The translations under genes and the position numbers were made by a program. A DNA stretch of 63,158 bases, the filler included, from Hausera hauseri (Eukaryota): the NCBI GenBank assembly GCA_046269625.1. It is 11 parts of 11 records of this genome, joined end to end, with 100 filler letters (N's around TTAATTAATTAA, not from the genome) between each part and the next. Parts side by side here need not be neighbours in the genome. Positions count along the whole stretch, not along the records: positions 48,279 to 52,396 come from JBJURY010749876.1; positions 52,497 to 57,075 come from JBJURY010519791.1; positions 57,176 to 63,158 come from JBJURY010158644.1; 8 more parts are not named here. One strand, given 5' to 3'. Below the pieces are notes generated by a model, which was not told the origin of the DNA, did not search any database, and worked only from the letters and a program-made list of their open reading frames with translations. Shown here piece by piece: positions 48,279 to 62,249 of this stretch. Position 1 is the first letter of the stretch; each line of letters starts with the position of its first letter.

Positions 48279-51200
48279 AGTGCCTTCTACTGTGTACTAT
48301 ACTGGCTAATTGTTTGCAAGTTTATTTTTTGAAATTATGTACCTGGATATGCTACCTAAAGTGTTCTTTATATACTTTTCAGAATATGTTCATTATATTG
48401 ATAATAGTTTAATAATTGGCTACTTGTACAAGGAAGAAAGAAGAGTTATATTTGCTTGGTAAGCCTCTCAAACAATCACACACTGGAAATAAACTGCCAT
48501 CAAATGGTGAAGTTCGGTGTCGCTTTGTGCACCTTCACCACAATGAAGAGATGCCAGTTCATAATCAGAAACGGCTGTTGTGAGAGAAGTCATATCTTTC
48601 TGTGAAAGAGCACGTATTCCAACAACACAGGAGTACAACACTATCAGTAAGTTGCATGTCATGTTTGAAGAAAATCCGTAAGAGAATCACGGATACTCAT
48701 AAGACAAATGAAGCAAAATTTAAAGGATGAAACAACGTCCTCTTCAATATCTCACATGCAAACGCCATTGACGTAATTAAGTTGGAAGAGTTTAGAGAAT
48801 TTCTACGAGAACAGAGAGAACTTGTCATCGTGGGTTCATGGCTGGGATTGACAAGAAACTGACAGCAAAAGAAGCTAGAGCTGCTTGCAAAAAGCTACGG
48901 CTAGAGCAATTAAAACTCAAATGTACAACGAATATCCCAACAAGGGGTGCAACAACATCTTCTGTGTCTATCACCATGACTTCCACTTCAAATAATTATA
49001 CTGATACTTCGGACTGTGAAACACGATCAGTGGTGCCATGCAACCGAAGACTTAAGAAATCAAAATCACTCATTATAGTCAGTTGTGGAACAACTGCCGC
49101 CCTTAATAAAACAAGGACTTCAGATCGTAAAGCCGCATATGTATTCAGTGCTTTTGCATCCGACATAGGTCAGAAAGTTCAAAATCTTTCTATTTGTCGA
49201 TATTCTATACAACTGTCTAGAATACATCATCGACGCGATATAGCTCAAGAAATTCGGCGTAACTTCTCGCTCGATGTGGTGTTGACATTCCATTTGGATG
49301 GCAAATTATTAGGTTGTTAAAAAGTTTCCGGCCCTTGCAAACTTATGGATCTAAATATTTATTTTCAAGCCACGGTTTTGGCTTCATTTGAAAGCCCATT
49401 GTCTTGCACGTATTTTGATATAGTATTACTATTATTCATATACTATATTATTGGTCTATAGTTGTTTAGAATGGAGGGTACTTGCGAGCAAAATCGCTTA
49501 CTATTGAATTTTTAATGAATGCGTCAAAAAGCGCCGAAAAGATCAATGAAGCCTATGGAAAAAGAACAATTGGTCGATCTGCAGCTAAGGAATAGTTTGC
49601 AAGTTCAGAAACGGCAACGAGACATTGGATGATCAGCCATGCCCAGTTCGATCGGCAAAGTGTGACGATGGAAATTTACAAGCCTAATTGGATATTGAAC
49701 CTTCGTCAGGCACGCGTGATTTGGCAGAAGAACATGGTGCCTCAACCTCATTGTCTGGAATCATTTGAAGAAACTTGATTTTTTATATAAAACGTCCCGA
49801 CAAGATCCGCACGAACTTACCCAAACTCAAGGTGCCAGACGAGCTAAAATTTGACGTCAGTTGCTGAACACTCCTGTCAAACTCCAGCCTTTTCCGGTCA
49901 ACGCAACACTTTCTGAACGGTTGCCTATTCAATTCATTTGATGAAGTCGAGCGAGCGTGTCAAGAGTTCTTCGATTCAAAGGAGCCCGCCTTGTACTTCG
50001 AGCAGATATGAAATCTCGCAGATCGATGGCAGAAAGTTGTAGATAATGATGGCATCTATTTTGGGAAGAATTGTTCTTGTTTTAAATATGTTCGAATAAC
50101 ATTTGAGTTTTTTGAAAGACGGAAACCTTTTTAAGAATCTAGTAATCGAAGATATTGCAAAAATACTGAATGATTTGCTTAGCTGCTAAAGTGCCCGAAA
50201 ATGGGGTATCTCAGCTATTAGGTGTTCCAAGAATTCCAACAGGGACTGGAGAATGTCAGGCATAAACAGTGTATAAGTTTGTAGAAAAGTGGGTTATAAA
50301 GAATCGCATAAAGTCTTTGGTATTTGACACAACTGCAAGCAACATTTGGGAAAAGAAAGGAGCCTGCGCTATGCTGCAGCAGAAATTAGATTTCCACCTC
50401 CTTCACGTCGCTTGCAGGCATCATATATTTGAAATCGTAGTTGAAGTAGTTTTTCAAGAATATATGCAGCTGAAGTCATCTGGACCCGGAATTGATTCCA
50501 GGAGCAGTTTTTTGCTTTCCGACATGACAATTTTCGGACAGTACTGGATGATAAGGGTTTGATTCAAAAACTTAAACCATGAAAAGAAGAAATTGCATCG
50601 TTCTGTATGGAACAGTTACAGCTAGCACAGCCAAGAGATGACTTCAGGTAGATGTTGGAATTGTCTCTTATTATTCTTGACAAGTCGCCAAGCCGTGGCA
50701 TAAGGATAATCAAGGCAGCTGCTATACATCACACAAGATGGATGGCAAGAGTGATTTATTCCATGAAGCTGCTTTTGTTTCGACAAAAATTCAAGCTGAA
50801 ACTGACTGAAGAAACAGGCATACCACGATTTGCACTGTTTGCTCTAATTATATACCTCAGGGCGTGGTATCTGGAACCAGGTTTTGTGGCTTCTCTAAGA
50901 CACGACGTTGAGATCTGGGTGTTCAAGTCAGTAGACGAAGGTGTGTCACATGTCACAATACAAGCGTTCTTGAGACATCTGTGGTACATCAGAGATGAAC
51001 TGGTTGGTGCGGTCGTCTTTGATGAACAATTCCATTTGAACAGAAGTATCTGATGGTCAACGCAATGGAGCATATACCAGGTACACTCAGTGTACACAAA
51101 CGGCTCAAATGAGAGATTGATGAAAGCATCGAAACAAAATCCATGTCTGGCTTTATGACATGAAGCACTAGACGTTTCTTTGAGATTCCTGAACTGTCGA

Positions 51201-51699
51201 TGTCGTTCCTAGAAGACATTATTCCACGTAGTACAATGAAGCTGATTTTTTTCGAGGCATAAAAGTAGTCCGAAGTATTTCACCAGTAAATGATTTTGCA
51301 GAGCGAGGTATTGCTTTGACTCAAGAGTTCTGCATAGCATTAGCAAGTTCCAAAAAGCAGAAAGAATTCCTGCTGCAGGTTGTCGCACAGCATCGTTCAT
51401 AATATCCGAATAAAAACAAGACCACCATTATGGGAGCTCACTCGAGCAAGAAGTAATGCTAAAGTAATCATTGTATGTCAGTCGTAATCTCCTAAACATG
51501 CCCTATACAATTTATTGTACATGCACATTGCTAATGATTGTGACTCATACCTTTGAACGCTCTGTTCTACAAGTACATCTGTTTATATAGGTTAGATATT
51601 TTGCCATGTTGAACATTTCAGATAAGGGAACAAATTAAATTGGTAAGTCCCAACATAAACCGTTTTTCCTTTTTTCGCATGTTATGGTAAACAACCCTA
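48279..51699 (+). mobile_element. hAT-like (hATm-type) transposase pseudogene interrupted by a mariner
   Basis: HLDGKL, LVFDTTASN..GAC..ACRHH, RDDF, HHTRWMAR, RHLWY, VNDFAE. 3' end ..AACAACCCTA. Confidence 0.75.
49309..50142 (+). mobile_element. Internally deleted mariner element with TIRs and TA duplication
   Basis: TA-TTAGGTTGTTAAAAAGTTTCCG..CGGAAACCTTTTTAAGAATCTAG-TA. Remnants PHELT and RWQKVVDNDGIYF. Removing it restores GKL-IEDI in the hAT frame. Confidence 0.88.
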
Positions 51700-52584
51700 A
51701 GGTGAAATATTAAATAAAGTTACTAAATTTCTAATTCAAACATCCATAATAATAGAAACATATTTCATCAAGTGTAGTGATAAGATGTTAATTTTCATAA
51801 TAGACTACATTAAAATTAAGATAATTCTCGATGTAGAAAAAAGGACAAGACAAACAACAAATCAAATATTTACATATCCTATTTTGTCACTGTCATCAGT
51901 AATGACAAATAAGTTCCATTCAGTTTCTAAATTTTGCATATATATATTTACTTCATTTAACGTGTTTTAGTTAGAGATTTGTTAACGTAGATTTTGTAGT
52001 TTTTATGCGTGAATCGTCGGCTGCCGACATTCAATAACTTTTATTGTAATCACAGAATGTCCTTGAACTGTTACATCGAAATCAAGTATATAATAATAAT
52101 TGTTAAGTTATCTTACAAGGGACATGCACGAACTGTTGTACACGAAATATTAGTAAAATTTTGAAAATTATTAAGGCTTTGATGAAAATTGTAGCAAAAT
52201 TATAGCTCTGGTTATTCATTGGTGTGAGGAAGAATTTAAACGAATATTGATGTGTGAATTTAATTCAAAGTCAATTAAATAAATAGCCAGTATAAAGTCG
52301 AGAAATTCCAAAAAGGATAAAAACAAGACTCATTTAATGAGTGAATGAGCTAATTGTTATACCAACTTTTATAATAAATTTCTAATGCTTAATTCANNNN
52401 NNNNNNNNNNNNNNNNNNNNNNNNNNNNNNNNNNNNNNNNTTAATTAATTAANNNNNNNNNNNNNNNNNNNNNNNNNNNNNNNNNNNNNNNNNNNNGCTG
52501 AGTGTCAAATAGAAACCAGCAAAACAGTTAAAAATGACATCGTCCGTCTTCACACGTGAATCAAGGCGGAACACCAGAGCCCGC

Positions 52585-55500
52585 CTATGCGCCCGTCGCG
52601 CCGGCGGCGAAAAACCCGACCGTGCTTAACCAAATGGGCCGGAGTGCAACAGTCGACACCGGCACCACACTTGCAGAGGTTGAATTTTGGGAAAAATTGT
52701 CAGATTTTGTTATAAATGTTGCGTCGTGCAAAGACGAGTCAAAAGGAAGAGAACAAGAAGGTGGAGGAGGGAAAGAGATTGTTGGAGACGGATGGTTAAA
52801 GGTATTCAAGAGAGTGTTAGAAGACGAAGGAGTGACAAAAGGTAAAGTGGTGGATGAAGGAGGAGAGACGAAAATTGAAGTAGATGTTGTAATTGTATTA
52901 GGTGAAAAAGTAGGAGTAGAAAATGGGATAGAGGGAGTGGTAGTGAAAGGAAGAGAGAGAGGAATAGAAGTAGAAGGTGTCGAAAGTGATGAAGCAGAAC
53001 TAGGAGCAGAAGGCGGAGGTGAAACTGGTGTAACAATAGATAAAGGAACAGCAGGAAGTGCAGGAGTAAGAAAAGAGGTTGACGTGTTGATTGGTGAAAT
53101 ATCGTCTACAGAGAAGGCGGGCTTTAGGTTGGTGACATGTACCGTAAGTTCTTTGCCGTCTTTATAGATAATAGCATTATGTGAATGCAGCTGTATCAGC
53201 TTATAGGGCCCCAGATACCGCGGCTGAAAGCCGCACGGTTACTGATTTCTTTGCCATACACATTTTGCCGAATACAAGTTTTCGGGTAAATATGTTTTGT
53301 CTTTGTAAAGTATCCTACAGAACGAATCTTTTCTGACCGTAACAAAGTGATTTTGCGCGGCCCGTTTCGTTTTATCTGTCGTCCAGGGCAGTTAGTTCGA
53401 ACAATGATAGTAAGGGAGCTCCGAATAAGGCTTAAGTAGATGAGCATACCGTAGAAGTAGACGGAGTGTTTCGCCAGCCAAGCAGAAAAAACGAAAGAAG
53501 ATTCGTCCAACTATTGTTGGACTCTGCAAGGATTCTTAGTTACGTTTTCAATGTTCGGTGAAAGCGTTCTAGGAGGACATTTGATTGGGGATGGTAAGGC
53601 GTAGTATGTGTGTGATCGATCCCCAATCAGTTAAGAAGGGATTTGAACATGTTGGATTCAAACTGTGGATCCTGTTGCGTGATGATGAAACGAGATGATC
53701 CAAACCTGCTAATCCATGTACGAATGAAAACGTCAGCTATAGTGTCTGTATTTGTGCTCCTCAGAGGCATGGCTTCTGGCCGTCGCGATGAACGGTCAAT
53801 CATGGTGAGAATGAATTGATGACCGTTATCTAGAGTAAGAGGGCCAACGATATCAATATGTACGGATTCGAAACGCGATATGCAGGGAAAGTGGAACAGT
53901 GGTAGCTTTAAATGCTTACTTGTTTTGTATTTTCGGCAAGCCACACACTCCTTAACCCATGCCTGCACATCAAAACGCATTAACGGCCAAATTACTTGTC
54001 GGTGGAGTAAACAAAAAATGGTTTAACACTAGGATGGTGTAGCGAATGTATACTGTTTAATGCTTGCCTTTGCAATGATGGTGCAAGAATTATTACGGAA
54101 TGAGCTGGTTTGGAAGTGTCTAAAGCCACGCAGTCAACGATTGTGCAAGACTTGAAAAAATTAAGCATGTCCTGAGGTAAATGGTTCTGTTGAAGTTGAG
54201 CTTTCATAAAATTCGGTGAAAAATTAATCGAACTAACCGACCTAGATAAAAAGTCGGCAACAACATTATTAACCCCATTAATATGTTTTATGTCGAAGTT
54301 AAATGTCGACAAGTATGATATATGTCGTTTTTGGCGTGTGGAAGGATGTTTCATAGCCATGATGTTAAGTAAGGATTTGTGATCGGTGTGTATAATAAAA
54401 TGGCAAGCGACAAGTAGGCGGGAGAAATGCGTTAGAGCAAGGACGATGGCCAATACCTCTCGATCAAACGTTGAATATCTAGTTTCAGGGGAAGTTAGCT
54501 TGCGAGAGAAATATTGTAGCGGTTAGTCTTTTCCCTTATGGATTTGGTGAAGGACAACACCCACTGCAGTGGTTGAAGCGTATGTGGTAAGGATGAGTTT
54601 CGCATCAGGCTTTGGGAAAGCGAGAATGTCGACGGTCTTAATTCCTTCGCTTAACTTATCAAATTTGTCTACCAACTCAGGTGTCCACTGGATTGGTTGA
54701 TGTTTTTTGCCACCGCTTAAGTGTGCAAATGGTTCTGTCAATTCAGAGCAATATGGTACATATTTATGTACAAAGTGTAGTGTACCAAGGAAGCTGCTCA
54801 TTTTGGTTGTCGTACGTGGTAACTTGATATTTTTAAGGACTTCAACTCGGTCTGATTGAGGGGAGTGGCCGTCTGGTGAAATAACGTGGCCTAAAAAGTT
54901 CATGCGCTTTTTGAAGAAATGGCGTTTGTCGAAATTGACTTGGAGATTATGGTGGTGAAGGCGTTGGAATGTTGCGCAAAGATGTTACTCGTTTTGTTTG
55001 TCCGAAGACGAAACGATCCGAATATCATCAATGTAGGGGTGCTCAAACAGAAAATCTGAGAGAGTCAAATTAATATGTAGCTGAAAGGCCTGTGCGGCAT
55101 TTTGCAAACCGAAAGGCATAAACAGGTACTCATAGAGGCCAAAAGGAGTAGTGACAGCAATTTTTTCTGTCTTCGAGTGCCACTGGTATTTGGTGGTATG
55201 CTTTGGCCGAATCGATGGTCGAATAAATGGTAGTTGAATTAAGGCGATGCAGAATGTCCTTGACGAGTGGCAAGAGGTACGCATCTATGATTGTCAAGTT
55301 GTTCAACTGGTGGCAGTCACCGCATGGTCTAAAAGTACCGTACTTTTTTGTACAACATGTAAATTGACGACCAAGGTGATTTGGTACGGCGTACAATGCC
55401 GGAGCGTTCTAGTTCGAGAAATTCGGCTTCTACGGCCTGTCTACGACAAGGTGACGGTGTTCGTACCTTTTGATATATTGGTCGTTGATAATGTTTAATT

Positions 55501-57075
55501 ATGTGATGTACAATGCTGTTTGCAGAAGTAAACGAACGATCTTTTTTAAGTACGCGTGGATATAATGTGGTAATGAATTGCTGTAAAGTTGTAGGCAACT
55601 GTGGTAGATTCGATGATGATTGTGAAACAGCTTTAGTAGTAGCGGATGCGATTTGTGAATTGTTTTGTGATGTGCAGTCACGTGGTATTTGGTGTAAGAT
55701 GGTCAAATTGAAAGTGGTGTTGGATGAAATGATTTCTTCAAGTAAATGAACATTGGTAACAGTACCACAATTAACGATATCGAACCTCGATCGAATATCA
55801 ATATTATTATTTAAAAATTTACGAATTGAATTATCGTTATGGAAATTCGAATTATTTATTAATTTTCCCACAATTGACCTTTGTGTCTTGATCGACTGCA
55901 CGGTAGTCGAAATGCTATTGACATGTTCAGCAATGCCGCCAGTGATGCCGCTGCTCAGACATCGTTGACTTCAGTCAACCAATAAATTATAATGTAATAG
56001 AAAATCGGACCCTAGAATTGCAGTCTGGACGTTAGCAACTGCAAACGTCCACTGGAAAGGGGAAGGAAATTTTGGTAAGATGAGGGATAATTTAACCGTA
56101 CCAGAAACATGCAGCGGTTGACCTGAAGCGGTGTACAAGGGTTTAATTCTGAATGATGAATTTTGCACAGGAAAAGATTGTGGTAATAAAGAAATTTCTG
56201 CACCTGTATCGATGAGGAAATCAATAAATTGCATTGTAGGAGCGGTGATTGCAGCCTTTAGAGTAAAGACAGCAAAAGAGGCGTGCCGGCATGAAGAAAG
56301 TGAAGTTGTGCCTTTTCCAGAGTTTGCCGTGACTTCTGGCGGCAACTTTAATTTTCTTGACAAGGGGAACTAGGACGACTATTAAAAAAAGGGTAGTACG
56401 TCCGTCATTCGTATCTGGTTTGAAAGTGCAGCCTGGAATGCATTTACTGGCTTGATTTTTAAACTTTGCGTGGTAAATACAAACAACGGTGTCTGAAGAA
56501 AAACTTTTGTTGTAAAATTTGCACCCTAGGCAGCATTTTTGGCATTCTTATTGAATCTGCTGTGATAATGGTAGATCGACGACCGCACAGGCGATGGTGA
56601 CCCGTTTCTAGATGCAGACGAGGCGTGGTTAGCAGCAAAATCCCTTCGCCGGTACAGGGAGAGCTCGTTTAGTTTGTTATTTATGTTGTTAATTGTTGCT
56701 TGTAGTGCTGTATTTTCGGCACGTAACTGATTTAGTTGTTGATCTATTGATGTGTTGTTGTTTTTGATACTGCTAGTGGCAACTGCCGCCGAAACGACTG
56801 GTAGGGAATTTACGTGTAGAAGGTCGTGTGTTTTATCGGCTAATTCGGCCAATTTCTCAAGAGCCATGAAGTCCTCCACCACGGTAAGTAGAGCCTGATT
56901 CTGGGTGGGTAAAGCATTGAGAAAGTAGTGACGCAGTAGTTCGGGATTGTGTTTTTTAGTGAGGCCGAAAGTGTGCAGATGAGCCAAAGACGTGCGTAAA
57001 AATTCTGATAGTCGTTGTGTGCCTGCAGCATTGTCGTGGAAGAAGCGTTGTATAATCGTGTCCATTGAGGGTTCT
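52585..57075 (-). mobile_element. Decayed CsRN1-like Ty3/Gypsy element (Gag partial, protease, RT, RNase H, integrase), related to 42175-45097
   Basis: Gag similar to the other copy (EKLAELADK); FLIDTGA; TTPFGLYE..YIDD; IHTDHKSL..NVVADFLSR; H..HHP..CVAC; VHIDIVGPL..IDRSSRRPEA. Many frameshifts. Confidence 0.93.
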
Positions 57076-57489
57076 NNNNNNNNNNNNNNNNNNNNNNNNN
57101 NNNNNNNNNNNNNNNNNNNTTAATTAATTAANNNNNNNNNNNNNNNNNNNNNNNNNNNNNNNNNNNNNNNNNNNNGGATGACATCCTTAAAGAACTCTAC
57201 ACAGCACCATGGTTGGTTTTATTTACTTGTTTCAGCACAAGAAATTGTTGATCAGTTCATGTACCACAGATGTATTCAATTTCTGCTACGAAATTCTGTT
57301 CTTAACTTAACTACATTTAATGATTTTGGATATTGCCGTGTTTCTGCCTTTAATTAAAATTTGTTAACTTAGAATGCATATTGATAATTGATAAAGAAAC
57401 GTTTGAATAAACTTTGCATTTACTGCTTTTAATTTTGGGATTTTCTCAGATTATCGTTGATTATCGCTTTGGAATTTATTTTTCAAGCA

Positions 57490-60400
57490 TTAAAGTGCCA
57501 ACTTAGCAAAGTCCTCACAAATGTTCTCAGTATAGATCTGATAAATGAAACTATCAGTATCCATATACATCAGCTGTATGGACTTGAATATGGGGATCAT
57601 AATATCATAGTGGAATTTGTACATCAAGATCTTCGACACGTGCAGTATTGCCATACTCACATATGGGGTTGTTGAACTCAAGCGATGTTTTCAGCATATG
57701 GATGCTGACCACATTCTCAGCATATATAATGCTGCTGTGGAAGTTGGGCTTGGCAATGAGCATCTTTGCCCGCTTCCACACAAAAATCAGTTCAATGTTG
57801 ATCCTGTTGCGGATATTCTCCAATGTCTTGCCAAAAACGCTGTTGCTGTAAAGCTTAAACTGGTCCTTCTCAAAATCGTTCTTGGCATTTGTCCGCAGCT
57901 TCGTATTGATGTCTATATAGGGTTGCAGTCACATGGACTGACTGAACTGCAGGGCTCTATGGATCTTAGTAATTCGGAGTCCATGTCTAACAGCTTGCAG
58001 GAGATTTATGTAGTTGACTAAATATCTCTCCCTACTATCCAGATGCAGTGCAGCTTTCTGTGCTTTCAATGGGGCGGATGCTTGCTTTCAGGGAGAAAAG
58101 GCAGCTGTCGATGTCTTGTGTGGATACAAGCCGGATATTCCATATCTACCTCCAGTATGTATCCCGTGTCTCCACTGGGATCCAGGTCCAGTATAGGGAT
58201 GTTTTCAGGATGCTCGACCCACTTGAAGTTATTATATGGCAATGGGGCGCTCATTGCCCATACATACAATTTGTTGGCATTCAGGTATGATATATATATG
58301 ACGATTCCTTGGATGGATCATACTGGACTATACACTTGTCGTTGGCCTCGCTATACTGCTGAATGGCCTGTCATATTTTGCCTCTAATGCCTCATCCATC
58401 ATAAGGATCATATCGTAATCCTTCATAATCTGCGGCCTAATACCTGTATAGCGCAGCATAGCTGCCCAACTCATCCATGTAGCTGTAAAGAAGTGAGCCG
58501 CATCCAATGCATGACTTTTCATCGAAACATCCCTAAAACTCTGAAAGACATCCATCAGCAGCAGCACGTCCGTCTTGAGGTATATGTCACTATATTCTCC
58601 TAATGTTCGGTATTGGAATGCATCCCAGACGTTCTGAGCATGCTGGTAATCAGAATCGCTGATATCGCAATCAGAGAGGATATTGTAAAATTCCTTCTTG
58701 GTCGGCAATGAAGTCTCATCCAGTATTCTCCATGAGGTTATGTAGTCATAGGGAAACACGCCTTTCTTCTTAACGAGGTCAAATGCAGCGGGAAAGAACC
58801 GCTTGGTCTCCTTGAGTTCTTCTGCAGGGAAGTTCTTCACTAAACTATCAAGTGAAGACGACATGAAACGGAAACTGTCTATGAAGCGAAGCCTGATTTT
58901 CCCAACGTGCTTCGTAAAGGTGGTGTACTTCTCCTCACTATTAGGGATCACCTAAATGTTTCCTTCAATGTTGTCCAGTTCCCGAACAATGAAGTGGGAA
59001 TCATAGCCTCTGAAATTATGGAACACTACAGGCACATATGTACGTTTTGCAATGCAGATTGCAGTTGTTGCATGCCGCGCCCCAATATTTGCTTGTAAAA
59101 TGGCAATGATCCCTGACTTTATGATTCTCCTTAGTGAATGATTTGGAGAACAAGTAATATGCAGTTGCCTTGCGCCATTCTTCTTCTTGCTTCTTCGAAA
59201 TACTCATTGTATCCTTATGCTACCGCTGCATATCGCCAAGCCTATGAGCCATATCTTCAAGTCGTTTCATAAAGTGTGCTGCTGCGCCTAGACCCCTGAA
59301 TAGATATGGTTCACTGTCCAGTCCTTTGGCATACATGCAATATGGTGAGAGCTTATGATATTGGTTTGCCGTTGTGCTGCTGTGTTGGGGATTAGGACTG
59401 TAACTCTGAACTGGGTGCATGATCGCTTCAAAGTTGCAATAGATAACTATTGGGACCTTGAGCTTCTTCTCGAACTCCTTGAATTCAATGTAGTCCTCCT
59501 TTGGGAAATCAGGCCTAATACAATAATTGTTATTGCAGTACATCTTGTGCTCTTTCAGCTTCAATACAGCTACATCGCCGCTGAAATGAGACAAGCATCG
59601 TTTACATATTTCTATTTGTCCATGATGTTTCGTAATTTGTGATCTGACTAGCCGCTCAAAGTCTTTGATCCAAACCTAATGTTTCTTTTCTCCATCGTCT
59701 AGTAGGAGTAGATTCCTATGATCTTCCAATTCAGTATCTCATATGTGCAGGGATAGAATTTATCATCCTTATCCAATTCCAAGATATTGATGGACATGTT
59801 GACTTTTCCTAATTTCTTGGCTTCATCTGTGGATGGAGGGAACTTGATACTTTGGAAGTCACAGTTGTGCTGCGAAGCATGATTTTGATCCGTTACGAGT
59901 TTTGATAGAATAGCATACATGAAACACATGTTATCGTTATTATGGATCTTGACACTCTTTTTTTTGAATGCCCTATTGGATTCTTCGCCATCAACATTGA
60001 TGTATGTGGCCTCCAGTTTCATATTCACCTTAAGGGAATTGAGTTCAGCCATGTTGTCCTTAAGAATTCCCTCTGTCTCGTCCTTTGTGTATAAAAGGAA
60101 GTCTTGGAGGGTTGCTTGGCCAGTTGTCTCAATAACATATCTGCGGCATTCCTCTTTAATGCTGCCGCATCAACTGGCTGCACTTTGGCTTTTTGATGGA
60201 GCCGCTGCGTCTGATGTGGCTGCGCCTGATTCCTCTGCGCCTGATACTGCTGCGCATGATGCTGCTGAACGTTTCAATTCTCTACTATGCTTCACAGCTG
60301 CTGCACCAGATCCAGCAGCATAATGCGAAGCAGAATACTGCGAAGCATCATACTGCGAAGCAGATGCATCAAAATTATGTTTCTCATTAAAGATGGCCTT

Positions 60401-60862
60401 CTTTGACTTTGATGCGAAGTGACTCAAATGATGTTTGTGATCATAATAGAACTGCATGTAATCTGCACCGCATACCGTCGCACATCCTGGGCATATATAA
60501 TAGAGGATCCTATTGGATTTGTATCCATAATAGCTCCTCATGGTATTATGACAGTTCTGAGGGTTGTCTATCGCACATGTGCAAAACACGTATGAACTGC
60601 ATCTTTGATTTTGCTTAGGCATGGAAGTCATTATTGGCATAGTGGTATTGAATATTTGTTTCTTCGACTTGGTGAAGGGAATCATGTGTTGTTTATGGGC
60701 ATTGTAAAAGTCTTCATATTTGGTCTGGCACACTATCTCACATGTAGGGCATATATAATACTCAGTCCTGTTGCATAGATGGCAGAATTATTTCTGCATA
60801 ATATTGTGGCAATTTTCAGGCTCGTGGATTTGAGCCAAGCACTGTTTGTATAGATTGCACAT
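57490..60862 (-). pseudogene. Polinton/Maverick-type protein-primed family B DNA polymerase with endonuclease-VII-like motif, decayed
   Basis: VRDHCHFT..GAACNNCNL; LRFIDSFRFMSSSL; KGVFPYDY; YLKTDVLLL; YLNANKLYVWAM; KLYSNSVFGKT; YMDTDSF. The upstream Cys/His-rich ORF is in frame across one TGA. Confidence 0.9.
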
Positions 60863-61792
60863 CTAAGAATCAACCAATTATTTGAGGAGCACAAATAAAA
60901 ATCTCACCATTCGTGAAAGTGATTTTGGAAATAATGAAACATACAGCCATATCAATGCATACTGCTTCATTTATTGATTTTTTCGAACATTCTAGAATAC
61001 TTTGGTTTTAATGCTTCAAATAAATTAAATGCACTTGGGCGCCAAATTTAAGAGGTTGCAGACATGGGGAATCGATTAAAGCCATCAGATTCTTCAAATA
61101 ATGCATGCTTGACCGAATATTATCGAATTTTTCAATGTTTTATTCATTTCGAGACTGTTCCAAACACTTTGCCCACAATATTTTTGGTCTACAAAGGTTT
61201 TCGGACATGGGGAATCCGATGGTGCTATTCGAATTCGATCGAAAAATCGGCTTTTTTATTTAAGCCTCTTTTCGAATATCTGACGTCATATTCGGATTCT
61301 GCGTATAAGGCTTTCTATCCCTCTACGCTTTTGGATTTTTGCTTATATTCGAATAGAAAATCAATTATTCGAAAATTGATTATTCGAGTTTCCGAATATC
61401 TCACATCACATTCGGATACAGCACATGTTAGTTTCTGTGTGTACGCTTTTACATTTTTCGATTTTCACTTGCTTATGTGCTGAAATCAACTTCAAAGGTT
61501 TTATCGGAAAACCGTTATTATTGATTAAAGCACACTTGCACATATGCGACACGTCTGCAAAGTATTATATAGATGCACTAAGACATGGGAAATCGACTGG
61601 CTCTCTCAGATTTCTCAAAAAATTTATGAGTGTCAAGATAATCGATACTATTCGGTGAAAATCGACATTTATTCGAGTTGTGCATCGAATTTCAGAATTG
61701 TGAGATGGAAGACCCGAGTTACAATGTGGCACTTCCTATCTGTCTCCGCTTGATGTTGTATCGAATTTTGACTCCTTAGGACCTAAAAAACT

Positions 61793-62249
61793 ATGGGAAG
61801 TCTGCACCACTTGCACTTTGGATCGATATTATTCGAAATCCACTCGATCGATTTAAATTCTAATTGCACATTCGCATAGTGCACCGGATTTCCAATCGAT
61901 TGCACCCGGTTCCATGTGCTAATCATCAATATCGGCAATATCGGAAATCCGATATTATTGATTTTTGCACACTTACACATGTGCTGCGCACCTGCACAGT
62001 GTATACCAAGATGCATCTTGATGTGCACTATGGATTGGCACACTATCCGGATCGATTCGATCAATTATGTAATGTGTAGCTATCGATTTGTGAAATGTGC
62101 AAAAATGTTCATAGCAACGGTACTTAAGGGCATCGTCGCCTAGCACAGTACTGATCGATAGTGTTCCATGTACACTATCGATTGGCACATGTGCTATATT
62201 GATTTCATTGATTCTCACACCCCCATCCGGGGTGGTGCAGACTTCCCAT
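61793..62249. mobile_element. MITE with perfect 18-bp terminal inverted repeats
   Basis: ATGGGAAGTCTGCACCAC (61793-61810) and GTGGTGCAGACTTCCCAT (62232-62249); interior is non-coding and repetitive. Confidence 0.8.

Noticed and set aside
52556-53167. 203-aa Glu/Gly/Val-rich plus-strand ORF
   Set aside because: Antisense shadow of the S/T/P-rich integrase tail.
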